Counted from the first letter of the stretch, positions 24,990 through 36,128 are shown. The stretch is DNA of 64,000 nucleotides from an uncultured Gemmatimonadota bacterium (GCA_964576115.1 CAZNUA010000004.1:56968-120967), one strand, 5' to 3'. Program-made: numbers and translations. The notes: generated by a model from the sequence alone, not told the origin.

Positions 24990-26612
24990 ATGATGACCAG
25001 ACCCTCTGAAACCGTACCTGTTCACCGCGCCCTGCTGAGTGTTTCGGATAAGAGCGGGATCGTTGACTTCGCCCGCGGGCTCGCCGCTCTGGGGGTCGAA
25101 CTCCTCTCGACCGGCGGCACCCGGAAGACCCTCGAGGACGCCGGACTCGAGGTGATCGATGTGGCCGACTACACCGGCTCGGGAGAGATGATGGAGGGGC
25201 GAGTCAAAAGCCTGCACCCCAAGATTCATGCCGGTCTGCTGGCCCGCCGGGGCCACGAGGGTGACGAGGCCGAGATGGCCGAACGAGAGTGGGGACTGAT
25301 CGACCTGGTCGCCGTCAACCTCTATCCTTTCGAATCCCGGGCCGTGGCCGAGCGGCTCGATGCCGATGACGCGGCGGCTTTCATCGATATCGGGGGGCCC
25401 ACCATGCTTCGCTCGGCGGCCAAGAATCCGCGCGGGGTCGTGGTCGTTCCCGATCCGATATTCTATCCCGACGTTCTCGAGGCTCTCGAGACGGGCCAGG
25501 GCGCCGTCGGGCTGGACCTGAGCCGGCGACTCTCGGCTGAAGTGTTCCGCCGTACCGCTCTGTACGACAGCGCCATCGCGTCCTACCTGGCCGATCTGGT
25601 CGACAGGGCCGAAGAGGGCTCCGAGGACGACAGCGGCGAGCCGAGTCCGTTCGGTACCGTTCTGGTACCGCGCTTCGAGCGGGTTCTGGTGCTGCGCTAC
25701 GGGGAGAATCCCCACCAGCAGGCGGCTTTTTACCGCGACCCGGTCCGGGTCGGTCCCAACCTCGCCGACTGCGAACAGCTGGGCGGCAAGCAGCTGTCCT
25801 TCAACAACATCATCGACCTGGAATCGGCTCTCGGCATTCCCCTCGAATTCGAGGCGCCGACCTGCGCCCTGATCAAGCATACCAATCCCTGCGGGGCGGG
25901 CTCGGGAGATACCCTGATCGAGGCCTATACCAACGCTCTGGCCACGGATCCCGTTTCAGCCTTCGGCGGCCTGGCCGGCTTCAACCGCCCCGTCGACGGC
26001 GAACTGGCCGCCAGGATGACCGACGGGCGTTTCTGGGAAGCGGTGGTGGCTCCCGACTTTACCGAGGAGGCCCTCGAGATCCTGCGGCAGAAGAAAAACC
26101 TGCGTATCATGCGCTACGATGCCTCGCAGCCGCGCGATATGCAGACGGCGGTGGATTACAAGCGCGTCTACGGGGGGCTGTTGATCCAGCAGGCCGATAC
26201 CGGCTGGGTGCCGATGAACGAGGCCGAAGTGGTCACCAGGCGCCAGCCGACCGAGGCGGAACTGGCCGCGCTCACGTTCGGCTGGCGGATCGTGAAGTGG
26301 GTCAAGTCCAACGCCATCATCTATACCGCCGCCGATCGCACCCTCGGGGTTGGAGCGGGGCAGATGAGCCGGGTCGATTCGGCCGAACTGGCGGTCAAGA
26401 AAGCCGCCGCCGCCGGTCTCGAACTGAACGGGTGCGCCATGGCCTCGGACGCATTCTTCCCCTTCCGCGACGGGATCGACGCCGCTGCCGAAGCGGGGGT
26501 GCGGGCGATCGTCCAGCCGGGGGGGTCGATTCGCGATTCCGAGACGATCGAGGCGGCCGACGAACACGATATTGCCATGCTCTTCACCGGCATGCGCCAC
26601 TTCCGTCATTAG
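24990..26612 (+). CDS. purH: Bifunctional AICAR transformylase / IMP cyclohydrolase
   Basis: An MGS-like IMPCH domain ([18 protein letters not shown]…) is followed by the AICARFT domain. It abuts the purN stop. Confidence 0.95.
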   Translation: MMTRPSETVPVHRALLSVSDKSGIVDFARGLAALGVELLSTGGTRKTLEDAGLEVIDVADYTGSGEMMEGRVKSLHPKIHAGLLARRGHEGDEAEMAEREWGLIDLVAVNLYPFESRAVAERLDADDAAAFIDIGGPTMLRSAAKNPRGVVVVPDPIFYPDVLEALETGQGAVGLDLSRRLSAEVFRRTALYDSAIASYLADLVDRAEEGSEDDSGEPSPFGTVLVPRFERVLVLRYGENPHQQAAFYRDPVRVGPNLADCEQLGGKQLSFNNIIDLESALGIPLEFEAPTCALIKHTNPCGAGSGDTLIEAYTNALATDPVSAFGGLAGFNRPVDGELAARMTDGRFWEAVVAPDFTEEALEILRQKKNLRIMRYDASQPRDMQTAVDYKRVYGGLLIQQADTGWVPMNEAEVVTRRQPTEAELAALTFGWRIVKWVKSNAIIYTAADRTLGVGAGQMSRVDSAELAVKKAAAAGLELNGCAMASDAFFPFRDGIDAAAEAGVRAIVQPGGSIRDSETIEAADEHDIAMLFTGMRHFRH

Positions 26613-26681
26613 TGTCATGGCGACGTTCGAATACCATCGGTATCGCCTGACAGGGCACCAGGGAATCAGGGAGGCAGCGCC

Positions 26682-27716
26682 GTGAGCTTCACCTTCAGAG
26701 AGTTCTTCGCCAACGACGTGGGGATCGATCTCGGTACGGCCAATACCCTGGTCTACGTGCGCGGCAAGGGGATCGTCGTCAACGAGCCATCGATCGTGGC
26801 CGTGGACCGGCAGACCCAGCAGGTGCTCGCTATCGGCAACGAAGCCAAGGAGATGCTCGGCCGCACACCCGAAGATGTCATGACCATCCGGCCCCTGAAG
26901 GACGGGGTGATCGCCGATTTCGAGAAGACCGAGGAGATGCTGCGGGCGTTTATCCGCAAGGTGCAGAACAACCGCCTCTTCGGCCGGCCGCGCATCGTCA
27001 TCTGCGTTCCTTCGGGTATTACCGAGGTTGAAAAGCGGGCCGTGCGCGACAGCGCCGAATCGGCCGGAGCGCGCGAGGTCTTTCTGATCGCCGAACCGAT
27101 GGCGGCCGCCATCGGAATCGGTCTGCCGGTCGAGCTTCCGGTGGGCAACATGGTCATCGATGTCGGCGGGGGGACCAGCGAGATCGCCGTGATCGCCCTG
27201 TCGGGGATCGTGGCTTCGACCTCGATCCGGGTCGGCGGCGACGAGATGGACCGGGCCATCGTGCAGTTTCTGAAGAAGAAGTACAATCTGCTCATCGGTG
27301 AGCGTACCGCCGAGCAGATCAAGATCGAGATCGCCTCGGCCACCGAGATCGATCCCGAGCTCGAGACCCGGGTCAAAGGGCGCGACCTGGTCGGGGGGAT
27401 CCCGAAGACGATCATCCTCTCCTCCAGCGAGGTGCGTGAAGCTCTCTCGGAACCGATCGCCCAGATCGTGGACGCGGTGCGCATCAGCCTGGAACGCACG
27501 CCGCCCGAACTGGCCGCCGACATCCTCGACCGCGGCATCATCCTGAGCGGCGGCGGGGCCCTGCTGCGCGGTCTCGATCAGCGCCTGCGGGAAGAGACCA
27601 ATCTGCCCATCAATGTGGTCGAGGATCCTCTGACCTGCGTGGTGCGGGGGACCGGCAAAGTGCTCGAGAACCTGTCCGAATACAGCAAGATGCTCATGGT
27701 CGGGCGGCGGATGTAA
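26682..27716 (+). CDS. mreB: Rod shape-determining actin homolog MreB
   Basis: [19 protein letters not shown]…; a highly conserved MreB. GTG start. Confidence 0.95.
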   Translation: MSFTFREFFANDVGIDLGTANTLVYVRGKGIVVNEPSIVAVDRQTQQVLAIGNEAKEMLGRTPEDVMTIRPLKDGVIADFEKTEEMLRAFIRKVQNNRLFGRPRIVICVPSGITEVEKRAVRDSAESAGAREVFLIAEPMAAAIGIGLPVELPVGNMVIDVGGGTSEIAVIALSGIVASTSIRVGGDEMDRAIVQFLKKKYNLLIGERTAEQIKIEIASATEIDPELETRVKGRDLVGGIPKTIILSSSEVREALSEPIAQIVDAVRISLERTPPELAADILDRGIILSGGGALLRGLDQRLREETNLPINVVEDPLTCVVRGTGKVLENLSEYSKMLMVGRRM

Positions 27717-27740
27717 ATCGTCCCGGCAGGGGGGTGGTGG

Positions 27741-28538
27741 GTGCCCCGGTTCCCTTCCATATCGCGTTCGCGTCGAGAGGTGCTCGTCCTGGTCCTCCTG
27801 CTCCTGCTCGGTGCTCTTCTGGCCGCCGTTCCGCGACCCGCGGTGAGCAGCGTTCTGCACGATCTCTTCGCCGGCGGGAACGAGTTGCTGCTCGACTCCT
27901 TCGGCTGGGCGTTCGACCTGGGCGCCGATGCCCGCGAGAACGCCGAACTGCACCGCGAGCTGGCCGAGCTCAGGCTGGCTCTCTCCGACCTGGAGCAGAC
28001 CCGGCTGCAGAACAGCCGCCTGCGGGAACTGCTCGAGTTCACCGCGGTGCGCCGGCCCGAGATCCTCACCGGGGCCGAGGTCATCGGCCGGGGCGACGGG
28101 CGTCAGGCCTTCGCCGTGACGGTTTCGGCCGGGACCGCAGACAGCGTGGCCTACAACCAGCCGGTCGTGACCGCCGACGGACTGGTCGGCCGGATCGACC
28201 GCGCGCCGGGGCGACACACCGCCATCGTCAGCCTGCTCAACGATCCCTCCAACGCCGTGGCGGCGGTCATTGAACGCAGCCGGGTACAGGGCGTCTTCCA
28301 GTTCGTGGGCGGCCAGGGCCGGCTGCTGCACGTACTCCAGGCGGCCGACGTACAGCCGGGCGACCGGGTGAAATCGAGCGGGCTGGGCGGGATCTATCCC
28401 GAAGGTCTCATGATCGGTTCGGTCGTCAGTGTCGCCGACGACCCCGACGGGGTGACGCAACGGATCGTCGTCGCTCCGGCGGCGGCGCTCGACCGTCTGG
28501 AGGAGGTCTTCATCCTGCGGCTCGGAGGAGCGCGATGA
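27741..28538 (+). CDS. mreC: Rod shape-determining protein MreC
   Basis: An N-terminal TM segment, a coiled-coil and the MreC beta-domain (…VVTADGLVGRIDR…VKSSGLGGIYPEGL). It lies between mreB and mreD. Confidence 0.8.
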   Translation: MPRFPSISRSRREVLVLVLLLLLGALLAAVPRPAVSSVLHDLFAGGNELLLDSFGWAFDLGADARENAELHRELAELRLALSDLEQTRLQNSRLRELLEFTAVRRPEILTGAEVIGRGDGRQAFAVTVSAGTADSVAYNQPVVTADGLVGRIDRAPGRHTAIVSLLNDPSNAVAAVIERSRVQGVFQFVGGQGRLLHVLQAADVQPGDRVKSSGLGGIYPEGLMIGSVVSVADDPDGVTQRIVVAPAAALDRLEEVFILRLGGAR

Positions 28539-29032
28539 ACCGGCTGGCGCGCTACCTCTTCTTCGGCTTTGCCGCGGTCGTTCTGCAGACCATGCTCGTT
28601 CCCGAGATCGCCCTCTGGGGTCAGGTCCCCGACCTGATCGTCATTTTCGCCGTCGTCGTGGGCGCGTTCGAGGGCAGTTCCGCTGGCTGTGGCGCCGGAT
28701 TTCTGGCCGGGCTGGCGGTCGATCTCTACCACCCGCCGACTTTCGGAGCCGGCGTCATGGCCGCCACGGTGGCCGGGTATCTGGGCGGAAAAGCACAGAT
28801 ACTGCTCGATCTCGACCATGCCGTGAACCAGATGGTCGCCCTGGCCGCGACCCGGGTCGTTCACGACCTGGTCTACGCCCTGGTCGGAACCGTGCAGGGC
28901 AGCGTCGAACCGCTCTCTTTTCTGGTCCCGGGGACCATCGGCGGAGCCATCTATACCGCTCTGATCGGAGCCGCCGTCCTGGCCCTGGCCGGGCTCGTCC
29001 GAGGGGGGAAGCACGTCATTGATCGGCGATGA
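28535..29032 (+). CDS. mreD: Rod shape-determining protein MreD
   Basis: A polytopic membrane protein of 165 aa, placed between mreC and mrdA. Confidence 0.75.
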   Translation: MNRLARYLFFGFAAVVLQTMLVPEIALWGQVPDLIVIFAVVVGAFEGSSAGCGAGFLAGLAVDLYHPPTFGAGVMAATVAGYLGGKAQILLDLDHAVNQMVALAATRVVHDLVYALVGTVQGSVEPLSFLVPGTIGGAIYTALIGAAVLALAGLVRGGKHVIDRR

Positions 29033-30860
29033 AACCCGGCAGAGGAAACGCAGGGCCTTCCTGCTGAGCGGCCTCTATGCCGCCGGACTCCTCTTTCTGG
29101 CCCTGCGGGTGGCCCAACTGCAGGTCGCCCGCCACGACACCCTGAGTGCCCTGAGCGATTCCAATCGCCTGCGCCCGGTCGTGGTCCAGCCGGTGCGAGG
29201 CCGGATCTACGACCGGGTGGGCCGTCTGATCGTCGACAACCGGCCCTCCTGGACGGTGACCCTCAGTCCGCAGATTCTGACCGGGAACGGCGATGTGATC
29301 GAGAGGGTGGGGCAGATCATCGACAGCGGTCCCGATCCGATCCGGGAACGGATCGAACAGCGCCGGGGTCATCTCTACACCGCCGTGCCGATCAAGCGGG
29401 ATGTCAGCTTCGATGTCATCGCCCGGATCAGCGAACGGGGGCCCGATCTGCCCGGGGTGGGGGTGGTCATGGAGCCGCGGCGGCGCTACCCCTACGGTTC
29501 TTCGGCCGCCCACAGCCTCGGCTACCTGCGGGAGATCAACGATGCCGAACTGGCCCGCAGTCACGATCAGGGGAGCGGCTACATCTATGGCGACCTGCTC
29601 GGCAAGGATGGGCTCGAGCGTGAGTACGAACGCCAGCTGCGCGGGACCAAAGGACTGCAGTATTCCGAAGTCGACGCCCGCGGCCGCATGGTCGGATTCT
29701 CGGCCGACCGCGCTCCGGTCGAACCGGTCCATGGAGCCGATCTGGTCACCACTCTCGACATCGAGCTGCAGCGGGTTGCCGAGCGGGCGTTCGCCGACAC
29801 CGCCCGCGGCGCGGCGGTCGTGATGCACCCCGACAGCGGCGCCCTGCTGGTGCTGGCCAGTATTCCGACCTTCGATCCTCACGATTTCAGCGGCGTGCTG
29901 GATGCCGCCATCTGGGACAGTCTGAACTCCGATCCCCGCAAACCCCTCCTGAACCGCGCCGTCTCCGGTCTCTACCCGCCCGCTTCCACCGTCAAGGGGA
30001 TCACCGCTCTGGCCGGTCTGAGTGCCGGGGTGCTCACCGCCCGAACCCGTTTCGATCCCTGCCTGCCGGGAGGTTGGCGGCTCGGGAACAGGACCTACCA
30101 CTGCTGGAACGAGGTCCACGGGCAGCTGACCGTCGTGGGGGCGATCGAGCAGTCGTGCGATGTTTTCTTTTACCAGGTCGGGGTCAGACTCGGGCTCGAA
30201 CCGCTCCACGAAACAGCCCGCGCGTTCGGACTGGGCGGAGCCACCGGCATCCGGCTGCCCGGCGAGGCCGAAGGGCTCTTCCCCGACGCCGGATATTACG
30301 ATCGGATCGTGGGTGAGGACCGGTGGGTCGAATCGGGCCAGGTCATCAATCTCGCCATCGGCCAGGGCGAGATTCTGGCCACCCCCCTGCAGGTGGCGGT
30401 CATGACGGCTGCGATCGCCAACGGCGGCTACCGCGTGACGCCCACCCTGGTCAGCGCCACCGTTCCGGCCGGTACGGCCGCCGAAATTTCCGAACCCGCC
30501 CCCGAGCCGCGGCGCATCCCCGGGGTGAGCCCCGAAGACATCGAGCTCATCCGGCAGGGCCTGGTGGCCGTAGTAAATGGTGAGAACGGGACCGCCAACC
30601 ATGTTGCCCGCTATGCGCCCGGAATCACGGTGGCGGGGAAAACCGGAACCGGTCAGAACCCGCACGGCGAGAACCACGCCTGGTTCACCTGTTTCGCCCC
30701 CGCCGAAGAACCCGAGATCGTCGTCACCGTGCTGGTCGAGAACGGCGGGGGGGGGAGCGCGGTGGCCGGCCCGATCGCCGGGCTCATTCTCCAGGCCTGG
30801 TTCAGTGACCTGCGCCACGCCGGGAGGGTGCCGGCCGAAAGTACGGGAGAGGGCCGATGA
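29019..30860 (+). CDS. mrdA: Peptidoglycan D,D-transpeptidase (penicillin-binding protein 2)
   Basis: A PBP dimerisation domain followed by a transpeptidase domain (STVK, SxN, KTG(T) motifs). Confidence 0.9.
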   Translation: MIGDETRQRKRRAFLLSGLYAAGLLFLALRVAQLQVARHDTLSALSDSNRLRPVVVQPVRGRIYDRVGRLIVDNRPSWTVTLSPQILTGNGDVIERVGQIIDSGPDPIRERIEQRRGHLYTAVPIKRDVSFDVIARISERGPDLPGVGVVMEPRRRYPYGSSAAHSLGYLREINDAELARSHDQGSGYIYGDLLGKDGLEREYERQLRGTKGLQYSEVDARGRMVGFSADRAPVEPVHGADLVTTLDIELQRVAERAFADTARGAAVVMHPDSGALLVLASIPTFDPHDFSGVLDAAIWDSLNSDPRKPLLNRAVSGLYPPASTVKGITALAGLSAGVLTARTRFDPCLPGGWRLGNRTYHCWNEVHGQLTVVGAIEQSCDVFFYQVGVRLGLEPLHETARAFGLGGATGIRLPGEAEGLFPDAGYYDRIVGEDRWVESGQVINLAIGQGEILATPLQVAVMTAAIANGGYRVTPTLVSATVPAGTAAEISEPAPEPRRIPGVSPEDIELIRQGLVAVVNGENGTANHVARYAPGITVAGKTGTGQNPHGENHAWFTCFAPAEEPEIVVTVLVENGGGGSAVAGPIAGLILQAWFSDLRHAGRVPAESTGEGR

Positions 30861-32092
30861 TGGCGCGCCGGCGGTTCAGGCGCATCCTGCGACGCGATTT
30901 CGATTATCTTCTCTTCGCCTGCGTGCTGGTTCTGGTCGTCATCGGGATCGTCTTCGTCTATTCGGCCACGGTCGAGAACGCTCAGGTCGCCGCCCCCCTG
31001 CACACCCGCCAGCTCATTCTGGCCGCGATCGGGCTCGTCGCCCTGGCGGTGGCGGTCAGGCTCCCCCTGCAGTTCTACTACTCCACCGCGTACCTGTTTT
31101 ACGGGTTGATGGTGTCGCTCCTGATCGCCCTGGCCCTGACCGGCGGAGGGGAAGGGGGGCGCTGGTTCGAACTGGCGGGCGGGATCCGGCTGCAGCCGAG
31201 CGAACCCGCCAAGATCTTTCTGGTGATGGCCGTGGCTCGCTACCTGTCGGGCCACTCGGTCACCTTCCGGCGGGCCCGGGACTACCTGGTGCCGATCCTG
31301 CTGGCCGCACTGCCCTTTCTGCTCGTCGCCCGGCAACCCGACCTGGGGACGGCCATGATCTTTCCGGTCATTTTGATTCCCATGCTCTACTGGCGGGGAG
31401 TACCCATGTGGACGATTTTCCTGATCTGCAGTCCCCTGCTGAGTGTGGTCACCGCCTTCGATCCCATTACCTGGGGGATCGCGATGGTCATCATCGGGAC
31501 CGTGATCTGGCGCAAACGGATCAGGCGGGGACTGGGCGTGGCGCTGGTCATCGTCAACGTCGTGCTCGGGGTGTTCACTCCGGTCGTCTGGGACAACCTG
31601 CACGCCTATCAGCAACAGCGAATCATGAGTTTCATCGACCCGGGCAAGGATCCTCTCGGGGCCGGCTATCAGATCATCCAGTCGACCGTGGCGGTGGGTT
31701 CGGGGGGCCTGGCCGGCAAAGGGTATCTGCAGGGTACCCAGACCAAACTCAACTTTCTGCCCGAGCAGCACACCGATTTCATTTTCAGCGTGATCGCCGA
31801 GGAGACCGGCCTGATCGGAGCCCTGGTCGTCCTCCTTCTTTTCGGGGTGATCCTGCTCCGCGCCCTTCGGGCGGCGGCGGAGGTGAAAAACATCTTCTCG
31901 GGTCTGGTCATCATCGGTACGACCGGGATCATCTTCGCCCATGTCATGGTCAATATCGGTATGGCTCTCGGTCTGCTGCCCATTACCGGGCTGCCGCTGC
32001 CCCTGGTCAGTTACGGCGGGTCGCACCTGGTGACGACGCTTTTCATGATCGGGATCATCCTGAGCCTGCGCCTGCGCTGGATGGAGTATTGA
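30857..32092 (+). CDS. rodA: SEDS-family peptidoglycan glycosyltransferase RodA
   Basis: FtsW/RodA/SpoVE polytopic protein, placed immediately after mrdA. Confidence 0.9.
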   Translation: MMARRRFRRILRRDFDYLLFACVLVLVVIGIVFVYSATVENAQVAAPLHTRQLILAAIGLVALAVAVRLPLQFYYSTAYLFYGLMVSLLIALALTGGGEGGRWFELAGGIRLQPSEPAKIFLVMAVARYLSGHSVTFRRARDYLVPILLAALPFLLVARQPDLGTAMIFPVILIPMLYWRGVPMWTIFLICSPLLSVVTAFDPITWGIAMVIIGTVIWRKRIRRGLGVALVIVNVVLGVFTPVVWDNLHAYQQQRIMSFIDPGKDPLGAGYQIIQSTVAVGSGGLAGKGYLQGTQTKLNFLPEQHTDFIFSVIAEETGLIGALVVLLLFGVILLRALRAAAEVKNIFSGLVIIGTTGIIFAHVMVNIGMALGLLPITGLPLPLVSYGGSHLVTTLFMIGIILSLRLRWMEY

Positions 32093-32099
32093 ACGAGCC

Positions 32100-32915
32100 A
32101 TGTATCCCGTTCTCTTCCGCATCGGCCCCCTGACCGTTCACGCCTACGGTTTGTTCATGGCGCTCGGGTTCGGTGCCGGTGCGCTCTGGTTCATCACCCG
32201 GGGTCGGCGGCGCGGCCTTCCCGCCGGCCGCCTGATCGATCTGGTCATCGTCGCCATCGTGAGCGGCATCGGCGGCGGGCGTCTCTTTTACGTGCTGACC
32301 CACTTGGGGCAGTTCCGCGGCCGGCTCTGGCAGGCTTTCTGGCCGGTCGGCAGCGACGGCTCGCTCGGTATCCAGGGTCTGGTATTCTACGGCGGTCTGA
32401 TCGTCGCCGTGCCGCTCATCGCCTGGCTGGTTCATCGCTGGCGGCTCAATCCTCTGCGCACTCTCGACGCCCTGGCGCCTGCGATCGCGCTCGGAACCGC
32501 GATCGGACGTCTGGGCTGTTTCTTGAACGGCTGCTGTTTCGGCCGACCGACGACCCTGCCCTGGGGGTTGGTTTTTCCCCCCTCCTGTTCGGCCGGGGCG
32601 ACCTTCCCCGGAACGCCGATTCATCCCACCCAGCTCTATATGGTGCTCGACAATCTGGCCGTCGCCGGCATTCTGCTTCTGATCGAGCGTTTCGGGCGAA
32701 AAATTGACGGTGCCCTGATTGCATCCTATCTTGTGTTGATTGGAGTGGCGCGAGGTATCGACGATCTGTTCCGCTACTACGAGAGGGAGATGCGGATTGT
32801 CGCACTCGGCGGGATCGACATCACCGTCAACCACCTGACCGGACTCTTCCTCATCGCGTTCGGCATTCTGATGCTCCGCCGGCTCAGCCGGAAGACTCCT
32901 GAACTCGACCGCTGA
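32100..32915 (+). CDS. lgt: Prolipoprotein diacylglyceryl transferase
   Basis: MYPVLFRIGPLTVHAYGLFMALGFGAGA…; the Lgt signature region (GRLGCFLNGCCFGRPT) is present. Confidence 0.9.
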   Translation: MYPVLFRIGPLTVHAYGLFMALGFGAGALWFITRGRRRGLPAGRLIDLVIVAIVSGIGGGRLFYVLTHLGQFRGRLWQAFWPVGSDGSLGIQGLVFYGGLIVAVPLIAWLVHRWRLNPLRTLDALAPAIALGTAIGRLGCFLNGCCFGRPTTLPWGLVFPPSCSAGATFPGTPIHPTQLYMVLDNLAVAGILLLIERFGRKIDGALIASYLVLIGVARGIDDLFRYYEREMRIVALGGIDITVNHLTGLFLIAFGILMLRRLSRKTPELDR

Positions 32916-32928
32916 AGGACCCGCACCG

Positions 32929-33801
32929 ATGGTCACAAGCATGACAGGCTTCGGCCGAGGCACGACCAGCGACCCCGCCGGGGAGGTGACGATCGAGATC
33001 CAGTCGGTCAACAACCGCTTCCTCGATGTGACGCTGCGGGGGGGGCGGGAAGTCTCCCTGGTGGAGGGACGGATGCGGGAGATCCTGCGCGAGAAGCTCG
33101 AACGCGGCAAGGTCACCGTCACTCTGGCCCTGCAGAATGCCGGCGAGGGCGAACCCCTGGCCGATACCGGCCGGGCTCGGGCATACCTCGACGCCCTGCG
33201 GCAGCTGCAGGCCGAACTCGATCTCGGCGGCGAGGTGGATATCGGCCTGCTGGCGGGTTTTCGCGACATCATCGGCGCTCATCCCGGCGAAGAGAGCGAA
33301 GAGGAGCTCTGGACCCGGGTCGAACCCGCCTTCATCGCAGCCCTGGACCGTCTCATCGAGATGCGGGCGCGCGAGGGGAAAGCCCTGGCTGAGGATCTCG
33401 CCCTGCGCTTCGACCGACTCGCCGCGGCTCTCGATGATGTCGAAGCCCGGGCCCCCGACCGGGCGGCGCAGTACGCCGAGCGGTTGCGGGCCCGCATCGC
33501 CGATCTGCTTCAGGGACAGGGACCCGACGAGGAGCGGCTTTTTCACGAAGTGGCCCTCTACGCCGATCGGATAGATATCAGCGAAGAATGTACGCGCCTG
33601 CGCAGTCACCTCGATCAGGCGCGCGCAATCATGACCGGCCCGGGAGCAGCGGGCCGCCAGCTCAACTTTCTACTGCAGGAGATCCACCGCGAGGTCAATA
33701 CCCTGGGGAGCAAGGCCAACGACCAGGACATCAGCCACCGGGTGGTCGGCATGAAGGAAGAGCTGGAATGCATCAGAGAGCAGGTGCAGAACATTGAATA
33801 G
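32929..33801 (+). CDS. yicC: YicC/YloC-family stress-induced protein
   Basis: The N-terminus (MVTSMTGFGRG) and the C-terminus (…EELECIREQVQNIE) match E. coli YicC (…EQMREQIQNIE). Confidence 0.85.
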   Translation: MVTSMTGFGRGTTSDPAGEVTIEIQSVNNRFLDVTLRGGREVSLVEGRMREILREKLERGKVTVTLALQNAGEGEPLADTGRARAYLDALRQLQAELDLGGEVDIGLLAGFRDIIGAHPGEESEEELWTRVEPAFIAALDRLIEMRAREGKALAEDLALRFDRLAAALDDVEARAPDRAAQYAERLRARIADLLQGQGPDEERLFHEVALYADRIDISEECTRLRSHLDQARAIMTGPGAAGRQLNFLLQEIHREVNTLGSKANDQDISHRVVGMKEELECIREQVQNIE

Positions 33802-34429
33802 CCTAGGCTTTCCCCTGATCATCAGCGCCCCTTCCGGGGCGGGCAAGACCAGTATCTGCTACGAGGTCCTGCGCCGGGTTGATGAAGCGGAGTATTCGGT
33901 TTCGGTCACCACCCGCGAGCGCCGCAAGAGCGAACGGGATGGCGTGGACTATCATTTCGTGGACGAGGATGAATTCCGGCTCATGATCGAGCGCGGTGAA
34001 TTCGCCGAGTGGGCGGAAGTGCACGACGCACTCTACGGAACCCTGAAAGCCAAACTCAGCACGGCGGTCGAACGGGGGCGGGTGGTGATTCTCGACATCG
34101 ACGGCCAGGGCGCCCGGAACCTGAAACAGACCTATCCCGACTCGGTCCTGGTCTTCATCTTTCCGCCGACGCCGGCCGTTCTCTACGAGCGTCTCAGCGG
34201 GCGCGGCACCGATGAAGAAGACACCATCCGGGATCGCCTGCGGGCGGCTCCGCAGGAAGTGGAGAACGCCGAGCTGTACGACTACGTGGTCGTGAACGAA
34301 GACTTCGAGGATTCGGTCGTCCGGATCGTGCACATCATCGAAGCCGAGAAGTGCGTCCGGGAACGGATGCAGCCCTTCATCGCCGACTACGCGGCCCAAC
34401 TCGAACAGTGGCAGAAGGAGCATCTCTGA
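33794..34429 (+). CDS. gmk: Guanylate kinase
   Basis: P-loop (ISAPSGAGKTS) and the GMP-binding region. Confidence 0.9.
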   Translation: MNSLGFPLIISAPSGAGKTSICYEVLRRVDEAEYSVSVTTRERRKSERDGVDYHFVDEDEFRLMIERGEFAEWAEVHDALYGTLKAKLSTAVERGRVVILDIDGQGARNLKQTYPDSVLVFIFPPTPAVLYERLSGRGTDEEDTIRDRLRAAPQEVENAELYDYVVVNEDFEDSVVRIVHIIEAEKCVRERMQPFIADYAAQLEQWQKEHL

Positions 34430-34431
34430 TC

Positions 34432-34659
34432 ATGGAAGAACGTCTCAATATCGAGGACTTCCGCAACACCACGCCGAACATCTATTGGGCCGTGGTCATC
34501 GCCGCCCGCGAGGCGCGGAAAATCAACAACCTGCGACGCATGCAGGCGATGCACGATCCCGAGTACATCGAACCTGATGCCAAGGTGACCACCGAGGCTC
34601 TCACGCGGCTGATCGAAGGCCGGGTCGAGGCCGAGGAACAGGACGAGGGCGAGGAGTAG
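34432..34659 (+). CDS. rpoZ: DNA-directed RNA polymerase subunit omega
   Basis: 75 aa (MEERLNIEDFRNTTPNIYWAVVIAAREARKIN…). The position between gmk and coaBC is the classic gmk-rpoZ arrangement. Confidence 0.8.
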   Translation: MEERLNIEDFRNTTPNIYWAVVIAAREARKINNLRRMQAMHDPEYIEPDAKVTTEALTRLIEGRVEAEEQDEGEE

Positions 34660-34669
34660 GGGGCACGTC

Positions 34670-35872
34670 GTGGCCCGTATCCTGCTGGCCGTCAGCGGAT
34701 CGATCACCGCGTACAAGAGTGCTCATCTCGTGCGCGACCTGCAGCGGGTCGGGCACGAGGTGCGCTGCCTGCTGACCGCGGGCGGACAGAAATTCATCAC
34801 CCCCCTGACCCTGCAGGCTCTCTCGGGTCATCCGGTGGCCGTCGATCCCTGGCAGCCGCTCGAGGCCGACGCCATGGATCACATTCATCTCGCCCGGTGG
34901 GCCGAGGCCCTGCTGGTGGCGCCCGCCTCGGCCTCCGCGATCGCCCGCTTGGCCGGCGGACTGGCCGACGATCTGCTCGGGTCGACCGCCCTGGCCTGTA
35001 CCGGACCGCTCTTCATCGCCCCCTCCATGAACGCCGACATGTACCGCCACCCGGCCACCCGTGCCAACCTCGACCTGCTCCGGGACCGGGGGGCGGACAT
35101 CATCGCGGGCTCGGCCGGCGAACTGGCCTGCGGCGAGAGTGGGCCGGGACGGATGGAAGAGCCCGCCGGGATAGCCGAATATGTGACCGAAACCCTTCGC
35201 AACCGGGGTGATTTCGCCGGCCTGCGGGCTTTGGTCTCGGCCGGCCCGACAGCCGAGGATATCGACCCGGTACGTCTGGTCACCAACCGTTCGAGCGGGC
35301 GGATGGGTTTCGCCCTGGCCGCCGAACTCGCCGGGCGGGGCGCCCGCGTCACTCTGGTGCACGGCCCGACCTGGCTCCACCCGCCGGCCGGTCCGGTCGA
35401 GATCGTCGGGGTGCGTTCGGCGGCTGACATGGAAGCCGAACTCACGAGCCGTTTCGCCGACTGCGACCTGCTTCTCATGGCCGCTGCGGTAGCCGATTTT
35501 CGGCCCGCTGTACAGCAGGCCGACAAGATCGCCCGCGACAGCGGGCCGTTGACGCTCGAGCTGGAACCAACGGTCGATATCGTGGCCTCGCTGACCGCCA
35601 GGCGCTCGAACCAGGTCGTGGTTGGTTTTGCCCTGGAAACCGGTGACCCGCTCGTCGGCGGCCGGGCCAAGCTCGAACGCAAGAATCTGGATGTCATTGC
35701 CGTGAACGATCCCACCGAACCGGGCGCCGGCCCCGAGGTCGAGACCAACCGTCTGACGGTCCTTTTCGCCGACGGCCGGAACGCGGTTCTGGGGCCGGCC
35801 GCCAAGGAGCAGGTGGCCCGAGAATTGCTCGATCTCATCCACCCCCTCTGCGCCGGGCGACGTGAGCACTGA
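34670..35872 (+). CDS. coaBC: Bifunctional phosphopantothenoylcysteine decarboxylase / phosphopantothenate-cysteine ligase
   Basis: A flavoprotein domain (ILLAVSGSITAYKSAHLVRDL) is followed by the DFP/CoaB domain. GTG start. Confidence 0.9.
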   Translation: MARILLAVSGSITAYKSAHLVRDLQRVGHEVRCLLTAGGQKFITPLTLQALSGHPVAVDPWQPLEADAMDHIHLARWAEALLVAPASASAIARLAGGLADDLLGSTALACTGPLFIAPSMNADMYRHPATRANLDLLRDRGADIIAGSAGELACGESGPGRMEEPAGIAEYVTETLRNRGDFAGLRALVSAGPTAEDIDPVRLVTNRSSGRMGFALAAELAGRGARVTLVHGPTWLHPPAGPVEIVGVRSAADMEAELTSRFADCDLLLMAAAVADFRPAVQQADKIARDSGPLTLELEPTVDIVASLTARRSNQVVVGFALETGDPLVGGRAKLERKNLDVIAVNDPTEPGAGPEVETNRLTVLFADGRNAVLGPAAKEQVARELLDLIHPLCAGRREH

Positions 35873-36128
35873 ACCGGACCGGCACTGGCTCTCCGATACC
35901 GCCCGCTACCTGCGGCAATTCGCCGAAACCGAGAACGATAACCTGCTTGCCGCCGGCCCCCGGAGCGGAGAAGATGAACCCAAGGGGAAGGCGCTGCCTG
36001 TGACACCGGACGATACAACCCAGATCGATCTGCTCGCCCGCGAGGGAGCGGCCGAATCCGCTCATCCATCCCCCTGGGGCGGCCGGCCCCCCCAACCCGA
36101 GCTCGATCCGGTCGGTATCCCCGAGGCG

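Noticed and set aside
26613-26681. GTTCGAAT, a tRNA T-loop-like motif, in the purH-mreB spacer
   Set aside because: The spacer is only 69 bp. The flanks do not form a T-stem, an acceptor stem or an anticodon arm. The octamer match is chance.
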